A stretch of DNA of 63,808 nt, the filler included, from Octopus bimaculoides (lineage: Eukaryota): the NCBI RefSeq assembly GCF_001194135.2. It is 5 parts of 4 records of this genome, joined end to end, with 100 filler letters (N's around TTAATTAATTAA, not from the genome) between each part and the next. Parts side by side here need not be neighbours in the genome. Positions count along the whole stretch, not along the records: positions 12,818 to 28,924 come from NC_068984.1; positions 29,025 to 50,120 come from NC_068985.1; 3 more parts are not named here. One strand, 5' to 3'. Below are positions 26,561 through 38,810 of this stretch, in pieces. The notes beneath the pieces are model-generated. The model saw only the letters and a program-made list of their open reading frames with translations, was not told the DNA's origin and did no database searches. Numbering within the stretch: the stretch's first letter is position 1; each line of letters starts with the position of its first letter. The translations under genes were made by a program, and so were the position numbers.

Positions 26561-26929
26561 GAATGAGTAGGAGAGATGTAGCTATTAATCTTATGTCATA
26601 ATGGTCAGACACATCAATAAGTTAAAGACTATCTTGGTTGTATCATTTCCAAAATTATGTATCTGTTTGCAAATTTCCACATGTATTAATTCAAAATACA
26701 CCATGAACACTATTTACAAACGTCAGCAACATAGACTTTGTACATACATCAAACTTAATGTAATTTACCGTTCTCTTCATTCTGTAAGACTTTCTGTAAT
26801 TCCTCTTAAATATATTTTTTTTAATGTTGTGCCAAGATCAGTTTTAAGAATTTTAAAAAATCTTTTGGCATATGTCTAATCAAATATAACTTTTAACTCT
26901 TTAGCATTCAAATTATTCTGTTAAATATA

Positions 26930-27095
26930 AGAGGTGCAGGCATGGCTGTATGGTAAGAAGCTTGCATCTCAACCACATGGGCTCGAGTTCAGTTCCACTG
27001 CATGGTACTTTGGGCAAGTGTATTCTGCTACAGCCTTGAGATGACCAAAGCCTTGTGGCTGGATTTGGTTGATGGAAACTGAAAGAAGCCCATAG
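26930..27095 (+). mobile_element. SINE family A, 5' half
   Basis: GGTGCAGGCATGGCTGTATGGTAAGAAGCTTGC...GAGTTCAGTTCCACTG. Confidence 0.9.
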
Positions 27096-27434
27096 TGAAT
27101 GCAGAGAATAAGTGGAAGTGTGGTCAATGATGAACATCAGGTTTGGAAGCAGAAGGTGAAAGAAATAGGAATAGATTAGGGAGGTGATAGTTAGCAACAC
27201 AAATGATGAGAAGTGTGAAGTGAGAGAGTGCATGAGCGATGCCTTGTGATAGGGATAAGGTCAGTGGTAAATATATAATACTCTAGTAATAAAATTCTAG
27301 CCTGAAATATGTAACGGGATGTGGGGTGATATAACTAACTAAATCTATTGATGGAAGTGCCCCAGCATGGCCACTGTCCACTGAGTGAAATCAGTAAATA
27401 GGTAAATTTACATATGCAGACGTGAATGTAAGCA

Positions 27435-27630
27435 TCCTCATCATCGTTTATCGTCCGCTTTCCATGCTAGCATGGGTTGGACGATTTGACTGAGGACTAG
27501 TGAATCAGAAGGCTGCACCAGGCTCCAATCTGATCTGGCAGAGTTTCTACAGCTGGATGCCCTTCCTAACACCAACCACTCCGAGAGTGTAGTGGGTGCT
27601 TTTACGTGCTACCGGAATGAGGGCCAGTCA
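27435..27630 (-). mobile_element. RTE LINE 3' tail fragment
   Basis: Reverse complement of 58780-58960. Confidence 0.9.
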
Positions 27631-28009
27631 CAAGGGTGTAATTTAGAATGAATATTTTAAATACAAATGATGAATTAAGGTTTGACACAATTATCACTAT
27701 AATCACAATCATAGCTTTAAAATCCATTTTCCCATACTTGTATGGTTTGGAGGGATTTTAATGAGGCAGGTCCTCCACGACTGGAGGCTCTTCCTATCAC
27801 CAACATTCACTTGTTTCCAGGTAGGGTAGTATTTCTCCCATGTTCTGATATGTTTTCACAGTGTTCTTGTATGACAGTGATAGTCATATGATGTCATGGT
27901 AAAGATACAAAAATACACACACACACACACATGCATACATACACATACATAAACACACAAACATGCATACACACACACACATATATATATAAACATATAT
28001 ATATATTCT

Positions 28010-28205
28010 TTTATTCATTTACTTGTTTCAGTCATTTAACTACAGCCATGCTGGAGCACCAACTTGAAAGGTTTTAGTTGAACAAACTGATCCCAGGACT
28101 CATTTTTCTAAAGCCTAGTACTTATATTATCAGACTCTTTTGCCAAACTGCTAAGTTACAAGGATGTAAACACACCAACGCTGGTTGTCAAGCAGTGATA
28201 GGGGA
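28010..28205 (-). mobile_element. SINE family A, 3' half
   Basis: Plus strand shows ACTTGTTTCAGTCATTT...CCATGCTGGAGCACC. Confidence 0.9.
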
Positions 28206-28364
28206 ACAAACACTGACACAACGACACACACACACACATATTCTTTTATTCTTTTATTCATTTCATATTTTCGAAGGACACAAAGCATGAGAGTAAACTT
28301 GGCAAAGAGAAATTAACTTAATATTTGGTTGGTGGTGGTTTGTCTACATATTGTTGTTATTCTT

Positions 28365-28820
28365 CAATGATGATGATGATGACGACGACTATAATGATAA
28401 CGACAATGATGATGATAATGATGATGATGATAATGATGATGATTATGATGATGATTATGATGATGATGACGACAATGATGATGATGATGACGATAATGAT
28501 GACAATGATGATGATGATGATGACGACGACGACAATGATGATGATGATGATTATGATAATGACAATGATGATGATGATTATGATGAAAATCATGATAATG
28601 ATGGTGATGATAATGACAATGATGATGATTAATGATAGATATGTTGACAATTGATGACAGTGATGATGATGACACGTCAGTGATGATGATGACATGTCAG
28701 TGATGATGATGATGATGATGATGATGTTATAATCAATGACAATGATTATAACGGTGGTGGTGACGAGGGTCATGATTACAATGATGGTTATGGCGATGAT
28801 GATGATGATGATGATGAGTT
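28365..28820. repeat. (GAT)n-rich compound microsatellite
   Basis: Direct reading. Confidence 0.95.
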
Positions 28821-28924
28821 TAGTGTTACAGATGTTATCGTTGTTAATAAGAACCAAACTTGATTAACTTATATCAAGATACACAAATAAATAAAGAAGT
28901 CAATAAATAACACCAAATTGCCGC

Positions 28925-29024
28925 NNNNNNNNNNNNNNNNNNNNNNNNNNNNNNNNNNNNNNNNNNNNTTAATTAATTAANNNNNNNNNNNNNNNNNNNN
29001 NNNNNNNNNNNNNNNNNNNNNNNN
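28925..29024. other. Assembly join (44 N + TTAATTAATTAA + 44 N)
   Basis: Same 100-bp structure. Confidence 0.95.
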
Positions 29025-29108
<84 letters not shown>

Positions 29109-29109
<1 letters not shown>

Positions 29110-30017
29110 TGGCTCGTAGCAAACCAGCTGATATCGACCAGAAACACACGCATCGATGGTTACGAAGCTCAGGGCTAAAAGCAGAGAGTGAAGGTTTCAT
29201 ATTAGTTGCTCAAGACCAAAGCTTATTAACCCGGAACTACCAAGCCAATGTGATAAAAAATGGAGCTGACCCAACTGCCGATTCTATAACGATGAGATTG
29301 AAACTATAGACCACCTAATTTCAAGGTGTAGAGTCTTAGCACCTGTGGAATATAAAGCAAAACATGACAGAGCTGGCTAGTATTTACAGTGGACAATATG
29401 TCGACATTATAAAATCAAAACCGCTGATAAATGGTATAAACATCATCCTGAAGTTGTGACTGAGGGAGAAAATGTATCGATTCTCTGGGACTTCCCCGTT
29501 CATCCCGACAAACCTATAAAAGCTAACTAACCGGATATTATTATAAAAGATCAGACAAAAAAGATATGTTTATTAATTGACATGAGTATTCCTTGCGATC
29601 ACAATATAGCAGCGAAAGAATTTGACAAGATTAGTAAATATAAAGATTTCCTAATAGAAATTGAAAAAATGTAGCATCTCAAGGCGACTACCGTACCACT
29701 AATTGTAGGATCTCTAGGAATGATTAAAAAAGGTACTGAAACCTATTTGAAAGTGATACCAGGCCTACCATCCCTACAGGAAGTGCAAAAGATCGTGTTA
29801 ACTGGAATGACTCATGTTCTGAGAAGAGCATTATCACTGTGAAAACAACATCCATTCATGAATTTATTTATTTATTTATTAATATTTTAAATACATATTT
29901 TACCTGTGAATTTGCATGTTTAAACTGGGAATGCATACAATGAGCTTCTCTGCTCTAGGTGTACGGAAAACATTCGGCGAGAAATGGAAGAAAATTTAAA
30001 GAAAGGAAAAAAAAACA
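29109..30017 (+). mobile_element. 5'-truncated R4/Dong-clade LINE flanked by (AAT)n on both sides
   Basis: HRWLRSSGLKAESEGFILVAQDQSLLTRNY, then PDIIIKDQTKKICLLIDMSIPCDHNIAAKEFDKISKYKD...VPLIVGSLG...LQEVQKIVLTGMTHVLRRALSL* (PD-D/ExK endonuclease). Confidence 0.92.
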
Positions 30018-30044
30018 TAATAATAATAATAATAATAATAATAA

Positions 30045-30275
30045 TTTCATAAGGATGTAGGTTTCACATTTTGACACAAGGCTAGCAATTTCGGGGGCGG
30101 GGATAAGTGGATTACATCGACCGCCCAGTGTTTAGCTGGTACTTATTTTATCGACCCCCGAAAGCATGAAAGGTAAAGTGGATCTCAGCGGAATTTGAAC
30201 CCATGAAGATGGACGAAATACCGCTAAGAATTTTGTCCGACGTGCTAACGATTTTGTCAGCTTAAAATTAATAAT
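30045..30275 (-). mobile_element. SINE family B
   Basis: Plus strand shows GGTACTTATTTTATCGACCCCCGAAAGCATGAAAGG. Confidence 0.85.
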
Positions 30276-30690
30276 ATCCTTTTCTACTCAAGGCACAAGA
30301 CCCGAAATTTTTGGGACGCAGCAACACTAATTAGATGGAACTTGCCGAGCATTTTACATCAAACAACTGCAAATTTGTCGTACACCTGAAAGTACACATT
30401 GTCAGAAAATATTATGAGTCTAATGAACATTCAGTTCAAAAACACGCGGAGATAAATACAAATGGGTTTTGCTAGCATTGCGCCTTATAAGAATGAAAAA
30501 CATGACAGAGTTCCATTACAATTAAGTAAAACTTTTTGACTAAGTGTTCAATTAACTGTTTTGTTTATCTTCTTTTTTCTTGTTTTAACTAGAATCTTGA
30601 TGACGTCATTTTAACCATGAGCAAACGCAGGATATTTCTGATGAAATTCTGAATCTCAATATTTTTCATTTTCTTTATTCTTGTCTTACT

Positions 30691-30742
30691 TTGAAACTGA
30701 AGAAGGCAGACGTACTGTCGAAACATTGTTCTGTTCAATAAA
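30691..30742 (+). ncRNA. Decayed type I hammerhead ribozyme motif (Penelope-type end)
   Basis: TTGAAA-CTGAAGA-A-GGCAG(ACGTA)CTGTC-GAAAC-ATTGTTC-TGTTCAA, then AATAAA. Confidence 0.55.
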
Positions 30743-32398
30743 TAACGTTAATCTATGTTTTATTACATATCGCATCTCAATCTTCGTTAATCTTCATAAG
30801 GCAAGTTGGTAGAATCATTTGCATGTCGGATGAAATTCTTGGTGGCATTTCTTCCAAGAGTTTACGTGCTGGTTTCAAACAACCATTGCTATCCAGAAAG
30901 AATTAAACAGTAAAAAAATGGTCATTGTCAATAATTATTGTGTGTATGTGTGTGTGTGCAATGATTAATATTTAATTTATTCTCGACATGTTTCTTTGTT
31001 ATTAAGGCTTCCTCAATGAAACTTATTACCGCCCCTGCATTATTTGTTCTAACTTCAAATAATTTGTAGTAGTAAGAACCTTCCAAAGATAAAACCATAC
31101 TGAAAACAACAAACTGCAGTTAAGTCAACAAAAGCATCCTCTAAGCAAATTTGAACGTCAGCTTCAATAGAATAACCCTACACAGTTACCGTCATAATGA
31201 ATATAAGGTACTAAACATTCTGAAAGACAAAGATCTAAAAACTTTGTAGGTAAACTTCTGAAACCAAAAACCTAGGTGAATAAATAATTCAAAAGGTAAA
31301 TAAATAACAGATATGTTAAATATTATTGAAATTAAGGTGGAAACTACAAAAATAAAGAAAAAGAAATTGGCAAGAGATTAATGATACAGAGATAAAGATG
31401 ATATACAAAGAAATGTTTGAAGGAAAATAGCGCCGAAAGCTAAAGATTCTAATAAAAATATATAAAACAAAAAGACATAATAAAGGTTGTTACGCATTTA
31501 TGAACAAACAATACAGTTCTTTATTCTTTATTCTTTCAGGAATTGGATAAAGGCAAAATCTAAATTATGCAAGCACCAACATTAAATGAAATAACAATCT
31601 CCGGAGGAGGTGTATGGCAATAAGATAAATAACATGGATAAAAGCAAGAAAGTTTTCATAAAAAAAGATGGCAACACATAACAGGCTATGGAACATTGTG
31701 TAGGTTCTAGAATACAACGAAAGCTGGAAAGCCGCCATTGTGATAGGGAAATATAGAACTATTGGCTTCAAATCCTCAAGATATATAAAGTACAAAAGTC
31801 ATTTATCCATTTAATAGAAGAATCAAACTTCCGATTCATTTCCTAACAAAACAATTGTAGTAATACCCAAAATTATTAATATCTAACACAGTCACATAAA
31901 TACAAATCTGGTAACTTACATGTCTTCAAATTACACCTTTGTGTATCTTCACATATAGTATAACTTCTCTTATAGAAAGGAAAACTGTATTTGGTCTCAG
32001 TAGCAGACGTAATGTTGAAAATGGATCCATCGCGGTCAGACGTCAAGTACGGATGAGCAAATATGTAAAGGAAGGCAGGTAATGAAACAAATCCAAGAAT
32101 GCGTATCACAGACGATACTGAAAATGTACTACCGTTACGGGGTAGGCAAGTGTTAAGTAATAATGATTTACATCCATTTAATAAGCATTCTTTTCAATGT
32201 TTATATATAGTCTCATATTTCACGCTGTTAATTACTTAATATGAAATTTAGGAATATAATTCAAAAGACCACAATAAATGCGGAGTAAAACAAGAAAATC
32301 CTAGCATGCATTTCTCTCATACACATCCTAATATTGAACCTTCTTTAATACCCATCAGATTCCAAATTGCCAAATGTTTATATCTGTGCATGTTGTGT

Positions 32399-32498
<100 letters not shown>

Positions 32499-32564
32499 TG
32501 GTATGACAGTTTTATATTACATAGTTTTCCACTCCACACATGTTGATACATGCACGTATATGTT

Positions 32565-32810
32565 GACTTTGCCTTTCATCCTCTCGGGGTCGATAAATTA
32601 AGTACCAGTGAAATTCTGGGGTCGATGTAATCGACTAGTCAGCTCCCACAAAGCTTCGGGCCTTGTGCCTATAATAGAAAGGGTTGTCGACTTTGCCTCC
32701 TTCGTGGGTCAATAAATTAAGTACCAGTTGAGTACTGGTTCGATGTAATCGACTTGCAGCTTCTCCCCAAATATCAGGCCTTGTGCCCATAGTAGAAAGG
32801 ATTATTGTTG
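32565..32810 (+). mobile_element. Two tandem 3' units of SINE family B
   Basis: GACTTTGCCT...AAATTAAGTACCAG...GATGTAATCGACT...GGCCTTGTGCC...TAGAAAGG is repeated with a period of about 120 bp. Confidence 0.85.
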
Positions 32811-32852
32811 TTGTTGTTGTTGTTATTATTATTATTATTATTATTATTAATG

Positions 32853-32915
<63 letters not shown>

Positions 32916-32926
32916 GTAATAATAAT

Positions 32927-33140
32927 AATGCTAGCTGGCAGGATCGGTAGTGCATCAGACAAAATTCGTAGCGGCATTTCGTCCATCTTCTCGTTCTGAG
33001 TTCAAATTCTGCCGTGGTTGATATTGCATGTCATCCTTTCGGCGTCTATAAAATAAGTACTAGCTGAGCACTGGTGTTGCTGTCATCAACTCACACCCGC
33101 CCCTAAAATTACTGGCCTTGTACCAAAATTTGAAACCATT
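32927..33140 (+). mobile_element. SINE family B
   Basis: GCTAGCTGGCAGGATCGGTAG...TTCTGAGTTCAAATTCTGCCG...CATCCTTTCGG. Confidence 0.85.
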
Positions 33141-33393
33141 ATTGTTGTTGTTGATGTTCGCACAAACAGAATGAACGCCATTTTTTGGCTCGTAGTCTTT
33201 TGTATTTACTTCTGTCTTCGAATGTTGCTTATTTTGTTACAAAACGTTTGTCAAAACCATTACCTTTGTATAAGCCTTGTTGACTTCGTTGTTTGTTCCA
33301 CTTTAGGAGCTCAAGTCCGAATAAAAAATTCATTTTGTTTTGAAAAAATTAATTCTATGAACAAATGTAGATTAGCCAACCTTCCTGAAAGAC

Positions 33394-35320
33394 ATGGAAG
33401 ATGAAGTAAAAGGTAGCTCTGATAGTAAGGCACAAGACACGGTAGTGCCCTCTGCCTTCTATCCACAAACGGAAGGAGAGGCGAGCACCCATCAAATTCA
33501 AAGTTCAGTGGAACACACTACCACTATGATAACAAATTTCAGCAGGAGCAGCAACATCACAGATGAGGAATTTAATTCCATTTATGAAGCTGATTTACCC
33601 ACGATAAATGAGACATCACAGACGGCAGCAAGAAGTCTACGAACACAACCACAACCTACTTCGCCACCACCACTACAACAACAACAATTATGATAGAGTA
33701 AAAACCAAAAGCAATAGTAACGTAGACAATTTAAACGACAACAATATTTCCATTGTGACTAACAACGATAACAACAATAATAACAATAACGATACATTCG
33801 CAGCAGCAACTGCGAAGAGCACAGAGCTATTTATGATGGACATATTATAGAAGAACGTATGACTGGCCCAAACAACCAAACTGATAAGGCTGGAAAAAGC
33901 GTGGGCAAACATTACCATCCAGTTGCCAAACAGTTATTTATAAATGTATTTCTGTAAATAGAAAGGGGCCGGAGACGGCTAGTCGGGCAGATGTGGAAGG
34001 GGCACTGAAAGAGATATCCGACAATCAGCATATCTTGAGGGTAAAACAGATTGTGGGCATTTCAGTGCTCTTCAAGTCTGAAGCTCTGACCGCCAAACAC
34101 ACTGAGGTTCCCTGTTGGAGCATGGCATTTAGAAAGGAGACCGATGCAGATCTCAGGAATTCCACCGGAGGTAAATTTATGGTGGATATTAGCGTGAATC
34201 ATTTTAGAAGTAAGTCTGCTTCACCTCCTGGAGGTGAAGCGGACCTGTCGTGAAAATTAGTCTGGGATCAGTGAGGAGGTACTCCTCTTCTAGGGTGGTG
34301 GGGAAGAACCACATGTTGGGGGTAGAAAGCCACAGTGCCACCTGTGTGGCGAGATTGGCCACTTGAGAGCTTTCTGCCCCCAACAAAAGCCAGGGAACCA
34401 TGGAACCACCTTGTTGTCAACACCAAGTCCCCAAAAGCCTCAACAACCAAACAAACAACGACCTGCAACAAAAGTGGCACCAACAACGGCATCATTAACA
34501 ATAGGAACAGCAAATTCAGCAAATGCTCGAAGAACACCAACACCAGCAACAACAACGACAACACCAGCAACAACAACAACACCAGCAAGAACAGCAACAC
34601 CAGCAACACTAACAGCAGCAACAACACCAGCAGCAGATGCACCACTACATTCAACAGCAGAAAGAAAAATAATAATGGACACACACAATCAAAAGTTCCC
34701 TCAACGAAGCTCTCCCAATTCCTCTCTATCTCCATCTCTACCAAACTCAAATACGTACATAGACTCGTAACCCGATTTCACACACACGGATTTATCTGCA
34801 TCACGCAGTGAAGACGATGGGTAAAGAAAACCAAAAGAAAACAATAAAACATCATGCTTCATATCAACACACACACCAAACACCATAGACAGCACATCCA
34901 CAACAGTCACCGACCCCACAATGGTCAACACATCCACCGCTATCACAACCAGCTCCACTAACACTACCACAACTGCAACAACCAACTACACAAACACAGA
35001 AATTCGTGCTAGTGAGGAGACCCAAAAAGGAATTGATGGCTTTCATAGCACGAAGGAAGAAAATCGAGGGAGAGGGGGGTGATGTCAAGCACCAGCACCA
35101 TTCTAGTTCCACAAACATTGATGAATGTGCGAATACATCTAGAAACATATAAAAACATGTAAAAAGAAAACCTAATATAAAAACCAAGAGTAGGCTTTGA
35201 AGGCGGTTCCCAACGGAACATGTGATGGATGTTGAACCATTTGACCTCTACTGGCACCCGATGAGTAAGTTGATGCCCTTTGTTTCTTCTCCAAATTTTG
35301 ACCGGTCATCATGGTGGGTT
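33394..35320 (+). pseudogene. Broken gag/ORF1-like sequence with a CCHC zinc knuckle and Thr/Asn-rich linkers
   Basis: GGRKPQCHLCGEIGHLRAFCP (CX2CX4HX4C) at about 34320-34380; low-complexity flanks, multiple stops and frameshifts. Confidence 0.7.
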
Positions 35321-36720
35321 AAAGAATACAACAATCAACAACTACCGTTTTTAGATATCCTCATAATGAAAGTCGGGAACAAGATAGAGACAGATATCTA
35401 TTATAAACCCACTGACTCGAAACTACCTACCATTTGATTCTCGACACCCGAGACACACCAGGACTAATATCCCATTTTGTTTAGCCAAAAGAATATGCAC
35501 TATAGTATCAGATGCAGACACCCGTTATACACGACTCCAGAAATTGAAATCCACACCCATAAATAGAAACTGTCCACAGCCCGTAATCGAAAATGCGATC
35601 CAAAGAGTACTTTCAATTAAATACACAAGAACTTAGACAACCAAGACCCAAGAAGGAAGAAAAATTAAAAACCCTGCCTTACATCTCCACACACAACCCA
35701 TACAACAATGAGTCCTTCAACAACATACTCCACAGCACAGCTCTACTCAAGAAAGACCCCAAAAATGAACCAAATCCTCAAAACACATACAATCATCAAA
35801 AGTAAGAGGCAACCAAAATCAATGAAAAAGATTTTAACCCAGGCCAAATTACACTCAACATTAACCACTAAACTTACAGTAAAAAAATGCGGGAGACCCA
35901 ACTGTGGGATTTGTGTCAACGTAATAGAAGGATCAGAACATCGATTAGAACAAGGCCATAATTTCACAGTAAAAACTAATTTTACATGTTCATCGGAGAA
36001 CTTGATCTACCTAATTACATGCTCTGGAGGCAAACCGCAATATATTAGACACACTAAAAACAGCCTACGTCAGAGGATGGCGGTACACAAATCCCAAATT
36101 AGGATCCCAGAAAACAGGAAAATACCTCTCAGCCAGCACATCGACGAATGCGCTTACAACAAATCCCCCAAATTCACAACGTTTCCACTATACAAATTCA
36201 AAGACAATGCTAGCCAAAATGAACGCATTAGCAAGGAAATATTTTTTATAAGAAAATACCGACCAAGTCTAAATTCTCTAAACTAGCAACACTGAGACTT
36301 TCATATATATTTTTATATATTTATATGCGGATTTGCAAGTTATTCAAAGAACCCGATTTCTATTAAAACCATAAGGGGAACAACTTCACCACGACGACTC
36401 CTACTACTACTACTAATACTATTGTTATTATCATTACTGCTGCTGGTTATTCGACGGCTACAACCACTCCTAGAAATCTTGACCACTATTTAATTTACAA
36501 AGACAGATAGTAGTAATCTACTATCACGGCGAGTTGGAATAACCAAGCTTTCAGAACGGAATGAAAGGACCACGTGCGAATGCAAGAAATAACAGTAAAC
36601 TATGAATATCATTCATAATTTTAATTTTAATTTTATTTTATTGATAGCCCTCTTCTCTTCTCACATATTTTTATACTCATTTTTGATAAGGTTTTTCAAA
36701 AAAACCGAAACATGTAATGT
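35320..36720 (+). mobile_element. Penelope-like element 3' module: RT thumb, GIY-YIG endonuclease and 3' end
   Basis: LPFLDILIMK...IETDIYYKPTD; HPRHTRTNIPFCLAKRIC; CGRPNCGIC...FTCSSENLIYLITC...QYI...LRQRMAVHK...E..FIRKYRPSLN* (35708-36286). Confidence 0.93.
36683..36716 (+). ncRNA. Hammerhead ribozyme relic at the Penelope 3' end
   Basis: TTGATAA (CTGATGA with two transitions)-GGTTTTT(CAA)AAAAACC-GAAAC-ATGT-A: a perfect 7-bp stem II, palindromic ACATGT stem III and a GUA site. Confidence 0.7.
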
Positions 36721-36924
36721 AAATTAATTANNNNNNNNNNNNNNNNNNNNNNNNNNNNNNNNNNNNNNNNNNNNNNNNNNNNNNNNNNNNNNNNNNNNNN
36801 NNNNNNNNNNNNNNNNNNNNNNNNNNNNNATATATATATATATATATACATATATATATACACATATATATACATACATACATACATATATGTGTGTGTG
36901 TGTGTGAGTGTGTATACAGATTTA

Positions 36925-37775
36925 TACATAGAAAGAAGACCGTTGACAGGACTTCTTACATGCTAAAAAGTGCAGTTAAATAAACCCTAACCACGAGAAA
37001 AATAATTCTAAAGGCATGCCGATAATTGCACTAGAATGAATAGAAACAAGAAAATATTAGTTAATCCCATCCTCGAGGTTCCATATCAATGAGCAAATGA
37101 ATAAATTTCTCATCCATAGTTCATCAGTGGGATCGCTAAAAGAATGCATAATTATGTGGCTTTAATACGTACCGAATTCACGTGCGAGCTCCATCTTTAT
37201 ACATTATGGAGTCAAATCAAGCTCTATTCTAGTGCCATCATCGGCGTGCCTTTAGAATTATTTTTTTCCTGGTTTGAGTTTAACTGCTCTTTTAAGCATT
37301 TAGGAAGCCCTGCCAAAGGGTCTTCTCTCTGTGTATAAATTTTTATACACTGTTATATATAGAAATATGTTGCCTTATGACTTTTATTACGCATGGAGCC
37401 ACCGTTGATAAATTATTCTAATTATTTACCGCTATAATTTACACAGTAAAAATTTTCTAATTCTGAGGCCATAGAGCACACTGTAAATTTATTATTTGCT
37501 GCTGAGCTATGTGACTGCACCTGCGCACTTGATTTGAATCCATAATGTATAAAGATGGAACTGGCACGTGTGTTCGGTGCGTATTAAACCTACATTATGC
37601 ATTAACGATCCCGCTGATGAAATATGGATGACAAATTAATTTATTTGCTCATTAATAGGGAAACTCAAGTTTAACTTTACGTATAAAAATATGTTGTCTT
37701 ATGACTTTTGTTACGCCTGCAAACCACTGGTAATAAATTATTCTAATTTTTTACCCCGTAATTTACACAGTATAT
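36925..37775. repeat. Unclassified inverted plus direct repeat complex
   Basis: 36925-37035(+) resembles 37230-37340(-); 37075-37225(-) resembles 37528-37670(+); 37370-37450 resembles 37692-37772. Confidence 0.8.
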
Positions 37776-38060
37776 ATATATATATATACATTTATATCTG
37801 TGTATATATGAATGAAGATTTTAAAAGAAATGATAAAAATGAAATAAGTAATGGAAGCGACCAAATTCTGAACTTGTGTGCCAACAAGAACAGGGAGAGA
37901 GAGTGAGAGAGAGAGAAACAGAGAGTAGTGTAAATGTTTAATATGTTCGTATATTTATTTGTGGCTGTAGAAGTGTGTGGGGGCGATGTCTGTCTATGTG
38001 TATATGTGTGGGGTAAGGTCTACATAAGTATGTGCATATCTGTGTATTTATGTGTCTCGC

Positions 38061-38102
<42 letters not shown>

Positions 38103-38165
38103 AATAATTATGTTCTGTTAAATTTGGGAATACAACTTTAAAGAGGCGAGGAAAAGGGGAGAGAA

Positions 38166-38232
<67 letters not shown>

Positions 38233-38454
38233 GAGTTATCGACTAAATATTGGAAGTTGCAAGTGGCGTGATTTATGGTGAGACTATGTAAAGACGATGT
38301 TGATCACCAAGAAATATTTGAACTTCAGCTATTTTTCATTCTGTTTGTCATTGATTAAAATTCCACCTCATTACCGAGTGAACAGATTACCTGTCACAGT
38401 CGTTCCAGCCATGAGTATATCATTCTTCTCTTGAAGGGCAATAATTTTATCAGT

Positions 38455-38810
38455 TTGTGTTGGAAGTAATTTGCTTCCCAACCACATGGTTCCGTGTTCA
38501 GTGCCACTGAGGGGCATTTTAGGCCAGTGTCTTCTATAGTCTCGCGCCGACCAAAGCATTATGAGCGGATTTGGTAGACGCAAACTGAAAGACGCCCATC
38601 ATGTATGTGTGTGTGTTTGTCCCCCACCGCCGCTTGACAACGAGTGTCAGTGTGTTTACGCGTCCCTAACATAGCGGTTCGGTGAAAGAAACCGATAGTA
38701 TAAGTACCAGGTTTTAGAAAAATGAGTACTGGGACTGATTCGTTCGACTAAAATTCTTCAAGACAAGTGCCATATCATGGCTGCAGTCTAATGACTGAAA
38801 CAAGTAAAAG
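38455..38810 (+). mobile_element. SINE family A
   Basis: CCAACCACATGGTTCCGTGTTCAGTGCCACTG...CATGGCTGCAGTCTAATGACTGAAACAAGTAAAAG. Confidence 0.9.

Noticed and set aside
30601-30608. Perfect CRE palindrome TGACGTCA
   Set aside because: A single 8-mer in 64 kb is expected by chance, and no promoter context is evident.
31920-32117. Candidate 198-nt phase 1-1 exon on the minus strand (SSVIRILGF...CNLKT), overlapping a plus-strand candidate at about 31976-32079
   Set aside because: The two candidates are mutually exclusive, neither has recognisable homology, the minus acceptor is weak, and no compatible partner exon was found. RNA-seq would settle it.
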